NCBI GenBank assembly: GCA_963706285.1
Contig: CAVPLU010000016.1
Coordinates: forward strand, 32,001-96,000
DNA length: 64,000 nt
Source of the DNA: Candidatus Bathyarchaeota archaeon
GTDB lineage: Archaea > Thermoproteota > Bathyarchaeia > 40CM-2-53-6
Direction: 5' to 3'
Shown here piece after piece: positions 10,555 through 20,023 of the stretch. The position numbers were made by a program, and so were the translations under genes. Every line of letters starts with the position of its first letter. The first letter of the stretch is position 1. The notes under the pieces were generated by a model, which was not told the DNA's origin, ran no database searches, and saw only the letters and a list, made by a program, of their open reading frames with translations.

Positions 10555-11121
10555 ATGAACACGCGGGAAATCACCGGCACCGCCATCCTCAGTGCCTTGG
10601 TCGTGGTCTTCGACTATGCACTCAAGTTTGCAGGAATCAAGATCCCGTTTCCAATGCTCCCGTTTCTGAAATTCGACCTAGACGGCATTCCAGTAGTGCT
10701 ATCTCTCCTGTTATACGGCCCGTACTCCGCTGTGACAACATGTTTCGTAGCTCTCGTGGCAATCCTTGCTCGAAGTGGCGACGCCCTCAGTGCGTCAATG
10801 AAAGCTCTAGCTGAATTTGCAACCGTCCTCGGAATGATACCATTCTACGCCGTCAGCTCAAATCGACTCAAAGGATTAGCTATCATCCCAGGAATGGCGA
10901 CCAGAGTTGTTGTGATGCTCGTTGCGACTTTGGCCACGTGGCCTCTGTTATTCAATTCGCTGGGCGCTGTTGTTGCTTTCCTTCCTTTCTCTGCTTTGTT
11001 CAACGCTGTCGCAGCTGTGATCAGTGTCGCAGGCGGATTCATCATCTACGAGGCCCTGAGCAAAAGGGCACCCGCCCTGCTGCACAACGCGAACGGACAC
11101 AACTCACGACGGCACAAGTAA
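10555..11121 (+). CDS. ECF transporter S component
   Basis: Multiple TM helices; IPFP.LPFLKFD signature. Confidence 0.75.
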   Translation: MNTREITGTAILSALVVVFDYALKFAGIKIPFPMLPFLKFDLDGIPVVLSLLLYGPYSAVTTCFVALVAILARSGDALSASMKALAEFATVLGMIPFYAVSSNRLKGLAIIPGMATRVVVMLVATLATWPLLFNSLGAVVAFLPFSALFNAVAAVISVAGGFIIYEALSKRAPALLHNANGHNSRRHK

Positions 11122-11143
11122 CTCGCAGAACTATGGAGTGCGA

Positions 11144-11434
11144 CTAGACTGCGACCTCTCTCGTCTTCTGAATCAGCTCTGTGATGAGCTCGGGTTTTCG
11201 TGGCGTGAGCACGCGAGATCGTCCAACTTCGAATACTTCCAGCAATCTGGCCGTTCTGAGAACGTGAACGTGCCTGTAGACTGCAGCATAGTCCATCTTC
11301 AAGTTTCGCGCAACGGCCTTTATGTGAAGCGGCTTCTTCGTCTCGATGAGCATTTTGAGAATTCTGAGCCTAACAACGCTGCCAAGCGCGTTGAAGATCG
11401 TGGATGCATTTCTAAGATCTTCTTCTGGGGGCAT
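11144..11434 (-). CDS. ArsR-family winged-helix regulator
   Basis: FNALGSVVRLRILKML, AVYRHVHVL, VGRSR. Confidence 0.8.
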   Translation of the reverse strand: MPPEEDLRNASTIFNALGSVVRLRILKMLIETKKPLHIKAVARNLKMDYAAVYRHVHVLRTARLLEVFEVGRSRVLTPRKPELITELIQKTREVAV

Positions 11435-11501
11435 TCTCTATCATCCTGAATAATGGATAGATGTCATTTATGATATCTTTGCTAACAAAATCGCGTTTGC
11501 G

Positions 11502-11771
11502 CTATGGACTCAAGCGTTGTTGACCGTACATTGTGAGCGCCCACACGTAGGGGCGGTGCTTGGATCGCTCGATGAGGCGCTCCTTCTTCATTGACCTCAG
11601 ATGGTATATGACGCAGTCATAGCCAAGACCGCTCCGCTTTGAGATGTCAGAGGCGCCTCTCTTGGCTTCCTCCAAGACGAACAGGATCTTCGAACGAGCT
11701 CTCAATCCTGCTTTGACATTGCGTTTCGTCGTAAGACGTGCTTTCGGATGCATCTCATTCCTTGCCATCAT
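11502..11771 (-). CDS. Small winged-helix protein immediately downstream of DP2
   Basis: RSKILFVL..ASDISKRSGLGY..VIYHLRSM wHTH pattern; 12 bp after DP2 stop. Confidence 0.7.
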   Translation of the reverse strand: MMARNEMHPKARLTTKRNVKAGLRARSKILFVLEEAKRGASDISKRSGLGYDCVIYHLRSMKKERLIERSKHRPYVWALTMYGQQRLSP

Positions 11772-11783
11772 GCGCCACGTTGC

Positions 11784-14700
11784 CTACATGAAATCCGCCA
11801 AGGCTGGTTGCTTCTTCTCTTGGCTCTCGTCAGCTTCTTCGCGGAAGAGAGACTTCAGCTCTTCCTGAAGAAGGAGCAGCCGTTGACTGTTGTAGATTCC
11901 AAGGTCATATCGTCGAACAAGACCTCGGGCCAGGTCTAGGTACTTCTCGATGGTGCCCCTGTAGACGGTCATCGTAATCTTGCCTCCGCACTTCGGGCAG
12001 ACTCCTACTAGCGGAGGGCGGCGATACTTCGCATTGCATTTCATGCATCGCATGCGCTGCGTCGAGAAAGCTCTCAAATTGCCGATCAAGTCTCTCATTA
12101 GATGTGTCGAGAGTACTCGTCGCGCCACGTCCGCTGCAACGACCGCACGTATCTTCTCCGCGAGATTGAGCTGCGCGGACATCTTGTCGATCATGGTCGG
12201 TAGCTGGGTGTAGGCGCTCTCGTGGGTTCCGGTGTTTATGTCTCCTATCTCATGTGTGAAGCCGATCGGCTGGAGAATTCGGTCGCTTCCCAAGCGATGG
12301 ACGACGACTTCGATCAGGTCAGCGACTGCTTTTGGATCGGCGTTCTTTGATGCTTCATCGAAGAACCTTACCGGAAAGCTGTTCACGGCTTCAAGGTTGA
12401 ACGCTTGACGAGCAATCTCTGAGGGATTCATTACAACGGTTAGAAGCATCGGCGCATCCATGATGCCTCCAATCCGGGATGGTAGAAACGACCTTGAGAA
12501 GTTTATCAGAACATCCAACGCCAGCGTGACAGAGTCTTCGTCGCCGTCGCAATCTCGTCGTTTCGATGCATGCCAGAACGGATGGGCGAAGCATACTCTG
12601 GCCTTGGTGAAGCCAATGATTCTGCCGATTATACCTACGGATGTGTGAGGCGAGAGCCCAACTACAAGATGTCCAACCAGATCGTCACGACTCTTCATGT
12701 TGTAGAAAGATGGGAGATCGTAGAATCGTGTCAACAGATTGTCGACAAAATCTGCGACTCTCACGAGGTAGTCTCCGCACGAATCGTTTACGATAATATC
12801 TTGTGATTCTATCGGAATGACTTGATTGGCGTTCTCAAGCGGATTTCCATCAGCGTCTGTATCATAGCCCAGTTTGCGAAGCGTCTCGACGGTGACGCCA
12901 ATCTCGGCTGGTCGGAAGTGAGTCAGAGGAGCGTTTGTCGCATCAAACCTGACGGTGCCGTCCTTGAACATGGAGAGGTCGTACCTTGCGCGAAGGATGC
13001 CCTTCTCTAGCGGTTCTGGGCACCTGGAGCCGCTCATCAGACTCTTCACGCCCTTCACGACCTCAGGCTCCTCTCCCAAACGCAGTTTCTTCGAAGCGGC
13101 AGACCAGATCTCGCTCACTGCGATGGCTGTTCTCTCATATGGACGCGCGTTAATCTTGCATGCGGGGCAGAGTTCTTGCGAGAGTGTCCTCCCACATTTC
13201 GGACATATCATCTCGACCTCTGTTCTGCTCGCGCATTTTGGACAGAGAGTCTTGTAGGTGATAATTCCACAAGTTTTGCAGCTGCGTCTGATCAGCTCTG
13301 CCTCTACGATACTGCCTGACTTTGCCGCTTCCACAATGTTACGTCTTGCTCCGCCCGCAAGTCCTACGGGAAACAGGCAATGTGTGACTGGACGCATCTC
13401 TCTTCTCTTAGCCTTCTCAGGTCTGCCCATCCTTGCCCCTATGAACGTCCCACCTCGAGTTAGGATGGGAAATCCTGCAACTATTCCTGCAGCTTCCAAG
13501 CCGTGATTTCCCACATGGTCAGGCATCGGTTTGCCCACGCCTAGACATGCTGCGAGCACGATTGCGTCCTCGCCAAAACAGATGCTGCCATCTTGGACTT
13601 TGTGAGGAATGCACAATGTTTCAAGGAGGGCTTTGATCTTCGGTTCGTTTGGAGCTACGACTGCACTCTCTGGGTCAACCAGACGAGGACCGAGCCTCTC
13701 CCTAAGGTAAGTCCAATCTTCGGCAGAAAGTCTCTCCCAGAACCAGGTATAGCGTGGATGAAGAGGCACCCCGAGCCTCTGAGAGACCATCAAGCACTCT
13801 TGAGGGGATGGAAACGATCGTAGAGGCTCCTCCATGAGCAACTTCAACCGAGCTTGGGCTATACCGCAGGCATGCTCGACCTCCGACAGCGACTGAAAGT
13901 CCAGCTCGGTTCGGTTCTTGAGTAGCTGCGCCCACCATTCTTCTGTGAATCCTGGAGATGCAAGGGGTCTATTGTTCTCAAGGAATTCCCCGTAGGAGAT
14001 GAGCAAATCTCCGACGAAAAGCACTGACTGGATGGATTTCTGCAATTGTCTTGCTTGGTCGGCGCTGTCGAGCCTGACCACTGAACCGTCGCTCAGCTTG
14101 ACTATGGGAGGCTCTATGGTGTCAACTGGCGTGACGATGCCAGCTTTCCCTGGTCTTTCGATTCTCAGCTGTGTTCCGATCGCTGGGAAGTCGTCCAGGG
14201 CCACCATTGTCGAAGGATGGATTCCAATCGCCGCCATGCCTGTGGCACGTGTTCGGCCATAGCGAAGCCTGAAGCCTCCCAGCGCCCCGGGAAAGGAGAA
14301 GATCGGCCGGCCAGCGACAACATCCTCCATGAACATCAACTCCTTTACCTCGTCAGCCTCTGGTGACGGCTGACGAAGATCACGCAGCCAATCCCATCCG
14401 GCGAGGTTCAATCTCTCGACGATCTTCACTACCTTCTGGCTGCGGCCTATGAGACCGTCATTGACGACTCGTAGTGCACCGCCTCTAACGCGGTTAGTCT
14501 CTATCCTAGGCACGTTTCTGTACGACGCGACTTCAACCTGGTCTGTCTCGACACCAGTGATTTCTACCGGCAGCTTCAGAATCGCATTGTACAGCTCGTC
14601 ATCAGGGATGTGATACTGGAACCGCGCGACCTCGCGTTCGTAGAGCCTGAGTTCTTCTACGAAACGTTTAGCCTCAATCTCAGTCGCTTTGTACTTCCCA

Positions 14701-15188
14701 AGCCCACAGATCTGGCGAACATATTCAGCCACGACGACTGTTAGGCCCATCTCGGTGCCGCCTGCGGATCTTATGGGACCCGCGAAGTAGAGTGCAAGAT
14801 ACTTGGTTTTGTCAGGATTACTCTTGATCTTGACTGTGTTGATTCCTTGAAGAGGAGCAGCTGTCACACCTTCGTCTAGGATCGCTGCAGCGGTACGTAT
14901 CGCCTGCTCCGTCGCACATTCGGCCTCTGTTGCGAAACCAGCGAGCGTTATCTCCTCTGCAATTTTGATTGCGACTTCCTCGCGTGGAATCATTGAGGAT
15001 AGTTCACGGATTCTTACCGCTATGCCAGGTGGGCCTACGGATTTCTCGACCCTTTCAGCGACATCCCTTGCGACCTTACATTCTGGTTCGAGCGAGGGAT
15101 CCAGTCCCTTCGAATGTGCGATCCCTGCTAGTTCATGGAGTTGATTGAACTGAGTCCGAAGACGGTCGCCGTTCGGACTCGTCAGCAA
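11784..15188 (-). CDS. polC: DNA polymerase D large subunit DP2 (no intein)
   Basis: EGVTAAPLQGI, AGPIRSAGGT, GFRLRYGR, RMGRPEKA, catalytic RRDCDGDED, C-terminal Zn finger. Confidence 0.97.
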   Translation of the reverse strand: MLTSPNGDRLRTQFNQLHELAGIAHSKGLDPSLEPECKVARDVAERVEKSVGPPGIAVRIRELSSMIPREEVAIKIAEEITLAGFATEAECATEQAIRTAAAILDEGVTAAPLQGINTVKIKSNPDKTKYLALYFAGPIRSAGGTEMGLTVVVAEYVRQICGLGKYKATEIEAKRFVEELRLYEREVARFQYHIPDDELYNAILKLPVEITGVETDQVEVASYRNVPRIETNRVRGGALRVVNDGLIGRSQKVVKIVERLNLAGWDWLRDLRQPSPEADEVKELMFMEDVVAGRPIFSFPGALGGFRLRYGRTRATGMAAIGIHPSTMVALDDFPAIGTQLRIERPGKAGIVTPVDTIEPPIVKLSDGSVVRLDSADQARQLQKSIQSVLFVGDLLISYGEFLENNRPLASPGFTEEWWAQLLKNRTELDFQSLSEVEHACGIAQARLKLLMEEPLRSFPSPQECLMVSQRLGVPLHPRYTWFWERLSAEDWTYLRERLGPRLVDPESAVVAPNEPKIKALLETLCIPHKVQDGSICFGEDAIVLAACLGVGKPMPDHVGNHGLEAAGIVAGFPILTRGGTFIGARMGRPEKAKRREMRPVTHCLFPVGLAGGARRNIVEAAKSGSIVEAELIRRSCKTCGIITYKTLCPKCASRTEVEMICPKCGRTLSQELCPACKINARPYERTAIAVSEIWSAASKKLRLGEEPEVVKGVKSLMSGSRCPEPLEKGILRARYDLSMFKDGTVRFDATNAPLTHFRPAEIGVTVETLRKLGYDTDADGNPLENANQVIPIESQDIIVNDSCGDYLVRVADFVDNLLTRFYDLPSFYNMKSRDDLVGHLVVGLSPHTSVGIIGRIIGFTKARVCFAHPFWHASKRRDCDGDEDSVTLALDVLINFSRSFLPSRIGGIMDAPMLLTVVMNPSEIARQAFNLEAVNSFPVRFFDEASKNADPKAVADLIEVVVHRLGSDRILQPIGFTHEIGDINTGTHESAYTQLPTMIDKMSAQLNLAEKIRAVVAADVARRVLSTHLMRDLIGNLRAFSTQRMRCMKCNAKYRRPPLVGVCPKCGGKITMTVYRGTIEKYLDLARGLVRRYDLGIYNSQRLLLLQEELKSLFREEADESQEKKQPALADFM

Positions 15189-15261
15189 GGGTTCCGGCCT
15201 TCAAGTAGGTGTCAAGATGGATCAGCGGATGTCCGGATTATTAGCTGGTCTGGTCAGCTTT

Positions 15262-15522
15262 TCACTTCTGGAGCCGGAGGCTTGAGGCTGTACCGGTTAG
15301 GTAGTACTTGTCAGTGAACTTGCAGTACACGTCGACCATCTGCGTGCCTCGAGGAACATCAAATTCGTCTTTCACCCCACATGCGGCACAGTGAATGGCT
15401 GCCATACCTGCGCTTTTTGGCAGGATGACCTTCATGGCATCTTCATTGCAGACCGGGCAAGTGAAGACTGTTGGCAGCTTCTTCTTGACGATCCTGATGA
15501 CACGTCTACGTCGACGACCCAT
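15262..15522 (-). CDS. elf1: Transcription elongation factor Elf1
   Basis: MGRRRRR..LPTVFTCPVC..CAAC..VDVY.KF.D. Confidence 0.9.
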   Translation of the reverse strand: MGRRRRRVIRIVKKKLPTVFTCPVCNEDAMKVILPKSAGMAAIHCAACGVKDEFDVPRGTQMVDVYCKFTDKYYLTGTASSLRLQK

Positions 15523-15667
15523 GCTAATCTCACTGTGACGCATGGGTGATGCGCCACTTATTTCAACGTTCCATGCGATCTTGGGAACCAGTCGAGCAAG
15601 GGTTATCAGAGCGGAGGAATGAGATTGCCGGGGATACGAAACTGTATCTCCTAGAGAGGTCCCTAAA

Positions 15668-16153
15668 ATGACCGCGGAACAAGCTCAATTACCCATCGAC
15701 TGGTCTCTCGCCACGCTCAAGGATGATAGACTTGCGAAGATACTGCTGCGGAACAGCCATCTCACACAAGTTCAATTCGCCACTTTGATCATTGATGCCC
15801 TATGGCCAACAACTCAATCAGCGCATGAGAATGAGAAGTCTAGGTCGAGTCGGCGTAAGGTAAGCAAGGGCGCATTCAACAGATCCCTGGCTCAGGCTCG
15901 CGGAAACGTCATCAAGTCCATCTACACGGTCTTCCTACTCTCCTATTTCGGCCTGTTTGATAGCCCTAAATTGGAACCTTTTCTGCGGTTAGGCGATGAA
16001 ATGAAAACTTTCCTTGACGCCAAGCAAGAAACGGGGGTTAAAGGCGAAGCTGCAGCCCTTGACGCCATGAAAACACTGGAAGATGCGTTGGAAAGCTCCA
16101 TCAGCGACCTCGCGAGGATGAATTCCTTCAAGCGTCAGCGAGATCTCACGTGA
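15668..16153 (+). CDS. Hypothetical protein, possible HTH
   Basis: Clean ORF divergent from elf1; LT..Q and VSKGAFNRSLAQAR helix pattern. Confidence 0.6.
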   Translation: MTAEQAQLPIDWSLATLKDDRLAKILLRNSHLTQVQFATLIIDALWPTTQSAHENEKSRSSRRKVSKGAFNRSLAQARGNVIKSIYTVFLLSYFGLFDSPKLEPFLRLGDEMKTFLDAKQETGVKGEAAALDAMKTLEDALESSISDLARMNSFKRQRDLT

Positions 16154-16433
16154 CATCTGCCAGACGCGCATTGAAGCCAAGGCCGGCAGATCACAGTCAC
16201 GCTTGAAGAATGATGCGGTGTGATATCACACGGGTCACAGTCATGTGATCCACAACTCCTACCTTAGCACGAACCTATCTCCTGAAGGCAATTACGCAGA
16301 AATTGAGCGTAAATGGGAGGGCTAGATCACGCGACTCTCTCTCGAATGGGAACTCCTAGGAAAGACATGTTCGACCCGCGATCACGGCTGAGATCACGAT
16401 CGTGACGTGTGTGACGCGTCACAGCCAAATCAC
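16146..16433. repeat. Array of 15 TCAC/GTGA motifs including several perfect palindromes
   Basis: Palindromes TCACGTGA (16146), GTGTGATATCACAC (16218), TCACGATCGTGA (16394), TGTGACGCGTCACA (16410) plus single sites; about 2 expected by chance. Confidence 0.75.
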
Positions 16434-16520
16434 AAGGGTCAAAGACTGTGGAATTGACAAAGTCGCAGTATTCAAGACATAAAAGCCTAAGAGGGGAATT
16501 GTCAGGCGGCATGGATTACC

Positions 16521-17225
16521 TTGGATTATTTCTGGCTGTTCGCACCCATTTCGGCGGTTTTCGGAGCTCTACTGACTGGAGTTGTGCTTCGAAGGCTTGA
16601 CATTTCTCGAATGAGCTACCGCGAAGCGAAGCAGATGCTGTCAGCGATCGTTGGTTCGCTGTCGAATCGGATCGAGCAGAATGAAGCACTCACGAAAGAA
16701 TTGTCAGAGCAGCTCGAGATCCTGTCGGCAAACCATGCACGCGTTAGTGTCGAAGGACAAACCGCTGACAAAGAACGACTTCTCATCTTCATGCAGGACT
16801 GGATGGGGAACCTGAAGCGGTTCATTGAGAAAGTGGATGGACTTCAGAAGAGCCTCAAGAGCGCTGAACATGAAATTCAGGAGATGCGAGTTCGCGTCGA
16901 ACAGTTGAGCGGTGCTCGCGCCCAAAGCTCAATCCCTTCAGAAGCACCAGTGGGTGTTGTGACAAAAGAGACGCTTACGAGGCTCTCGCCGACCGAGAAA
17001 ACTGTGTTGGAGCTTCTGATAGGTGGCCCAAAGGCAGCTCCTGAGATTGGGCGACTTGTAGGGAAATCACGTGAGCACACAGCCCGAATGATGAAGTCGC
17101 TCTTCGAACAGGGTTTCGTCGAGAGAGAAGCAAACCGTCAACCATACCAGTACCGTATCAACGACAAAGTTGGAGAGGTACTAGGACGCCCTTCTCAAGC
17201 AGAGGCTATTCAACGCGAAGGCTAG
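16521..17225 (+). CDS. Membrane-anchored coiled-coil protein with C-terminal winged helix
   Basis: N-terminal TM (WLFAPISAVFGALLTGVVL), heptad-rich helix aa about 35-130, wHTH LSPTEKTVLELL..SREHTARMMKSL. Confidence 0.75.
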   Translation: MDYFWLFAPISAVFGALLTGVVLRRLDISRMSYREAKQMLSAIVGSLSNRIEQNEALTKELSEQLEILSANHARVSVEGQTADKERLLIFMQDWMGNLKRFIEKVDGLQKSLKSAEHEIQEMRVRVEQLSGARAQSSIPSEAPVGVVTKETLTRLSPTEKTVLELLIGGPKAAPEIGRLVGKSREHTARMMKSLFEQGFVEREANRQPYQYRINDKVGEVLGRPSQAEAIQREG

Positions 17226-17617
17226 GCGTGCGCTGAGCGAGAGCAGTAGCGCCAACTACCGGGAGAACCGGAACGGTATAGGAGACCTCTGTCGACAAGC
17301 CTTGAAAGGTAGGTCGCAACCGTCGTCAGGGGAATTGGTTCGGCATACAATTGCTGGTACAATGTCCTGACTTCATGCGAAGAAAATGTGGCTTCCCGAA
17401 GCCTGTGAACTACGAGATCTCGAACGCGCTCCAGTTTGGTACGCGCGTATTGGGATGGATCCTGGGTTGCTGATTGTGAGGAAACGCCGCCCATGAGCTC
17501 CGTGTAGTCGAGGATTCTCGCAATCTTCTCTCGAGTAAGAGGGCCCTCGAGAGAAACGGTATGCCGGCAGCCTGAATCGTCATAGAACTCAATTCTAAGA
17601 CGTTTGACTGCCAACAC
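17222..17617 (-). CDS. Winged-helix protein with small N-terminal beta-hairpin/helix domain
   Basis: FSSHEV..LYQQLY.EPIPLTTVATYLSRLVDRGLL wHTH; stop overlaps the preceding convergent gene. Confidence 0.7.
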   Translation of the reverse strand: MLAVKRLRIEFYDDSGCRHTVSLEGPLTREKIARILDYTELMGGVSSQSATQDPSQYARTKLERVRDLVVHRLREATFSSHEVRTLYQQLYAEPIPLTTVATYLSRLVDRGLLYRSGSPGSWRYCSRSAHA

Positions 17618-17694
17618 GCGACACTCTCACGAGTCTGTGTGAACGACGTGTAGATAAAGGGATTATGTGTGACATGACTGTTACTCCTTGGTCA

Positions 17695-18180
17695 GTTCCA
17701 ATGGAAAAATGAAGTATTCCAGCGGAAACGGAGGGGTGTGTCCTAGTTCACTTAATGTGAACCTATTTCTTGCCTGAAAACTTCCACAAAGCCCAGACCT
17801 GGTTGAGATATGATTATGATTACACATGATGACAGTTGAATGTGAAGTGTCCCTAACCCCTGCCTTTCCAGTGGAGTTCGTTTTGACATTTCACGGTCTG
17901 AAAAAGAGTCTTAGTGTTACTACTACAATAATTAGCATAACCTTCCTTATCCTAAAACTCTCGCTAATATACACAGGATTTTTTTCTCAACACTACACTT
18001 CACTTCTTTAGGAATACGTTTCTCCAGGGGAAGTGCACGGGTGCCGGGGAGGTAATGCTCAACTCCATACAAATCAATATGATTCAGGTTTCACGATTTT
18101 TTTGTTGCAACTAGTCTTACTTCTTCGACAATGATGATTATTATGAGTTCAAGTAGAAAGACGGGGATTACCAGTGGAGA
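17695..18180. other. Chromosomal replication origin (oriC) with ORB elements
   Basis: TTCCAGCGGAAACGGAGGGG (17717, +), inverted copy CCCCTGCCTTTCCAGTGGAG (17857-17876), mini-ORBs at 17695, 18022, 18169; AT-rich stretches; directly upstream of cdc6. Confidence 0.88.
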
Positions 18181-18186
18181 TGCCTA

Positions 18187-19452
18187 ATGGAGAAGCCTAG
18201 TATGAAATCAGCAGACGTTCTTGAAGGCATCTTTGAGAACTTCCTCACTGGACCACAACTGTTCATTAATCGAGAAGTTCTGAGAAACGACTACATCCCC
18301 AGCACGCTACCTCACCGTGCAGAACACATTCAGAGACTAGGCGGTATACTCGCGCCGGCCCTGAGTGGTTCCAAGATATCCAACCTTTTCGTGTATGGGA
18401 AGACTGGAACCGGGAAAACCATAGTAGCAAAATTCGTGTTAGAGAGACTGAAGAAGAAGGCCGAGGATGTCGGCACACCTGTTCGAATCTCATACGTCAA
18501 CTGTCGCATGGCAGGAAGCAACTATCGAGTGCTCGCTGATCTCTGTCGCTGCGTCGGAGTTGAGATTCCCTTCACAGGCCTGGCATTAGGTGAAGTTCTG
18601 GATAGATTCAGGACCGGCCTAAACGCCGACAAAACCCCTCTCATAGTTGTCTTAGATGAAATAGACGCCCTCGTCAAGGGTCGTCAAGACGACTCCCTGC
18701 TCTATGAATTGACCAGAATCAATGAAGAGCTTGGCCAAAGCTGGATTGGAATAGTCGGCGTCTCCAACGATCTCCACTTCAAAGAGTTCCTCGACCCTCG
18801 AGTGCTGAGTTCTCTAAGCGAAGAAGAGGTCGTCTTCAGGCCCTATCTCGCAAACGAACTCTACGACATTCTCCTCGACAGAGCCAAACTAGCGTTTGCT
18901 GATGGAATCCTATCGGAACCCCCCCTCCGACTCTGTGCAGGGCTCGCAGCCGGCGAACACGGCGACGCCAGAAGAGCACTCGACCTATTACGAGTGGCAG
19001 GAGAGCTTGCGGAACGCGAAGGCGCACGCACGATCCAGGAGGACCATGTCAAACGTGCGCAACACAAGATTGAACACGACAGAGTCGCCGAAGTGCTGAA
19101 GTCACTTCCTGTACATTCAAAGGTCGTGTTGGTCTGCGCGTATCTGGCCACTAATCAGGCGCCAGAAGGCGTGATCACAGGCGACATCTACGAGGTCTAT
19201 CATGAGCTGTGCTCAGCGGCAGGGTTGGATCCACTTACGCAACGGCGTGTGAGCGGCCTAGTGAACGAGCTTGATGTAATGGGAATTCTCAACGCAAGGG
19301 TCGTAAGCTTCGGCCGGTACGGTAGAACTAAGAAGATAAGACTCGGCGTCTCACCTAGAGTCATCGTTGAAACCTACTCGGAAGACACCCTCGTCGGACG
19401 ATTATTCAGCCACGTACCCAGATCTCTCCAGAAGCGCCCAGGAATCGCTTAG
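18187..19452 (+). CDS. cdc6: Orc1/Cdc6 replication initiator
   Basis: LPHR, GKTGTGKT Walker A, VLDEID, GDARRALDLLR, C-terminal wHTH GRYGRT. Confidence 0.97.
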   Translation: MEKPSMKSADVLEGIFENFLTGPQLFINREVLRNDYIPSTLPHRAEHIQRLGGILAPALSGSKISNLFVYGKTGTGKTIVAKFVLERLKKKAEDVGTPVRISYVNCRMAGSNYRVLADLCRCVGVEIPFTGLALGEVLDRFRTGLNADKTPLIVVLDEIDALVKGRQDDSLLYELTRINEELGQSWIGIVGVSNDLHFKEFLDPRVLSSLSEEEVVFRPYLANELYDILLDRAKLAFADGILSEPPLRLCAGLAAGEHGDARRALDLLRVAGELAEREGARTIQEDHVKRAQHKIEHDRVAEVLKSLPVHSKVVLVCAYLATNQAPEGVITGDIYEVYHELCSAAGLDPLTQRRVSGLVNELDVMGILNARVVSFGRYGRTKKIRLGVSPRVIVETYSEDTLVGRLFSHVPRSLQKRPGIA

Positions 19453-20023
19453 AGCTGTCGGCATAGACGACGGCCCATCAAAACGCAGTGGAACAACGAA
19501 GTCATCTACGTCTCACGCCTCGTTGGTCGCAGTCTGGTTTGACCAACTAAGATTCGACCAAATACGCATCGGAGTTCTGGAAGTTGATGGACTGGATTCA
19601 ACCAACGTAATCCTCAAGCTACTCAGGGGAACACGAACAGACATAATCTTTCTTTCAGGAATCACCTTCGCAGGATTCAACATCGTCGATTCTACCCGAC
19701 TTCACAATACGCTTCACATTCCGATTATCGTTGTCTGCCGAGAGAAGCCTGATAATCGCTCCGTCAAACGTGCGCTTCAGAAGCATTTCACAGACTGGGA
19801 GAAACGATGGGAGCTGGTGCGCAAGTTTGGGAGGATATACTCATTCGCGCCGAAACCGTCAGAGCAGCCTCTACATTTTGAAGCTGTTGGCATCTCAGCA
19901 GCCCATGCGAAGAAGGTCATCAGTGCCTACTGTGCCACGTCGAGGATTCCCGAACCTATCCGGGTTGCCGGCATCGTCGCAAAAGGACTAGCTCTAACCG
20001 GCGCGGAGCTAAACGCTCGATAG
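19367..20023 (+). CDS. DUF99 family / endonuclease dU (start uncertain)
   Basis: VGIDDGP, VDGLDST, LSGITFAGFNIVD, IPEPIRVA. Confidence 0.85.
   Translation: MKPTRKTPSSDDYSATYPDLSRSAQESLRAVGIDDGPSKRSGTTKSSTSHASLVAVWFDQLRFDQIRIGVLEVDGLDSTNVILKLLRGTRTDIIFLSGITFAGFNIVDSTRLHNTLHIPIIVVCREKPDNRSVKRALQKHFTDWEKRWELVRKFGRIYSFAPKPSEQPLHFEAVGISAAHAKKVISAYCATSRIPEPIRVAGIVAKGLALTGAELNAR

Noticed and set aside
11784-15188. Intein in DP2
   Set aside because: Length is normal and no intein splice or LAGLIDADG motifs are visible
16146-16433. CRISPR array or coding ORF (16327-16512)
   Set aside because: Only 4-5 bp units at irregular spacing; the ORF has no protein-like features
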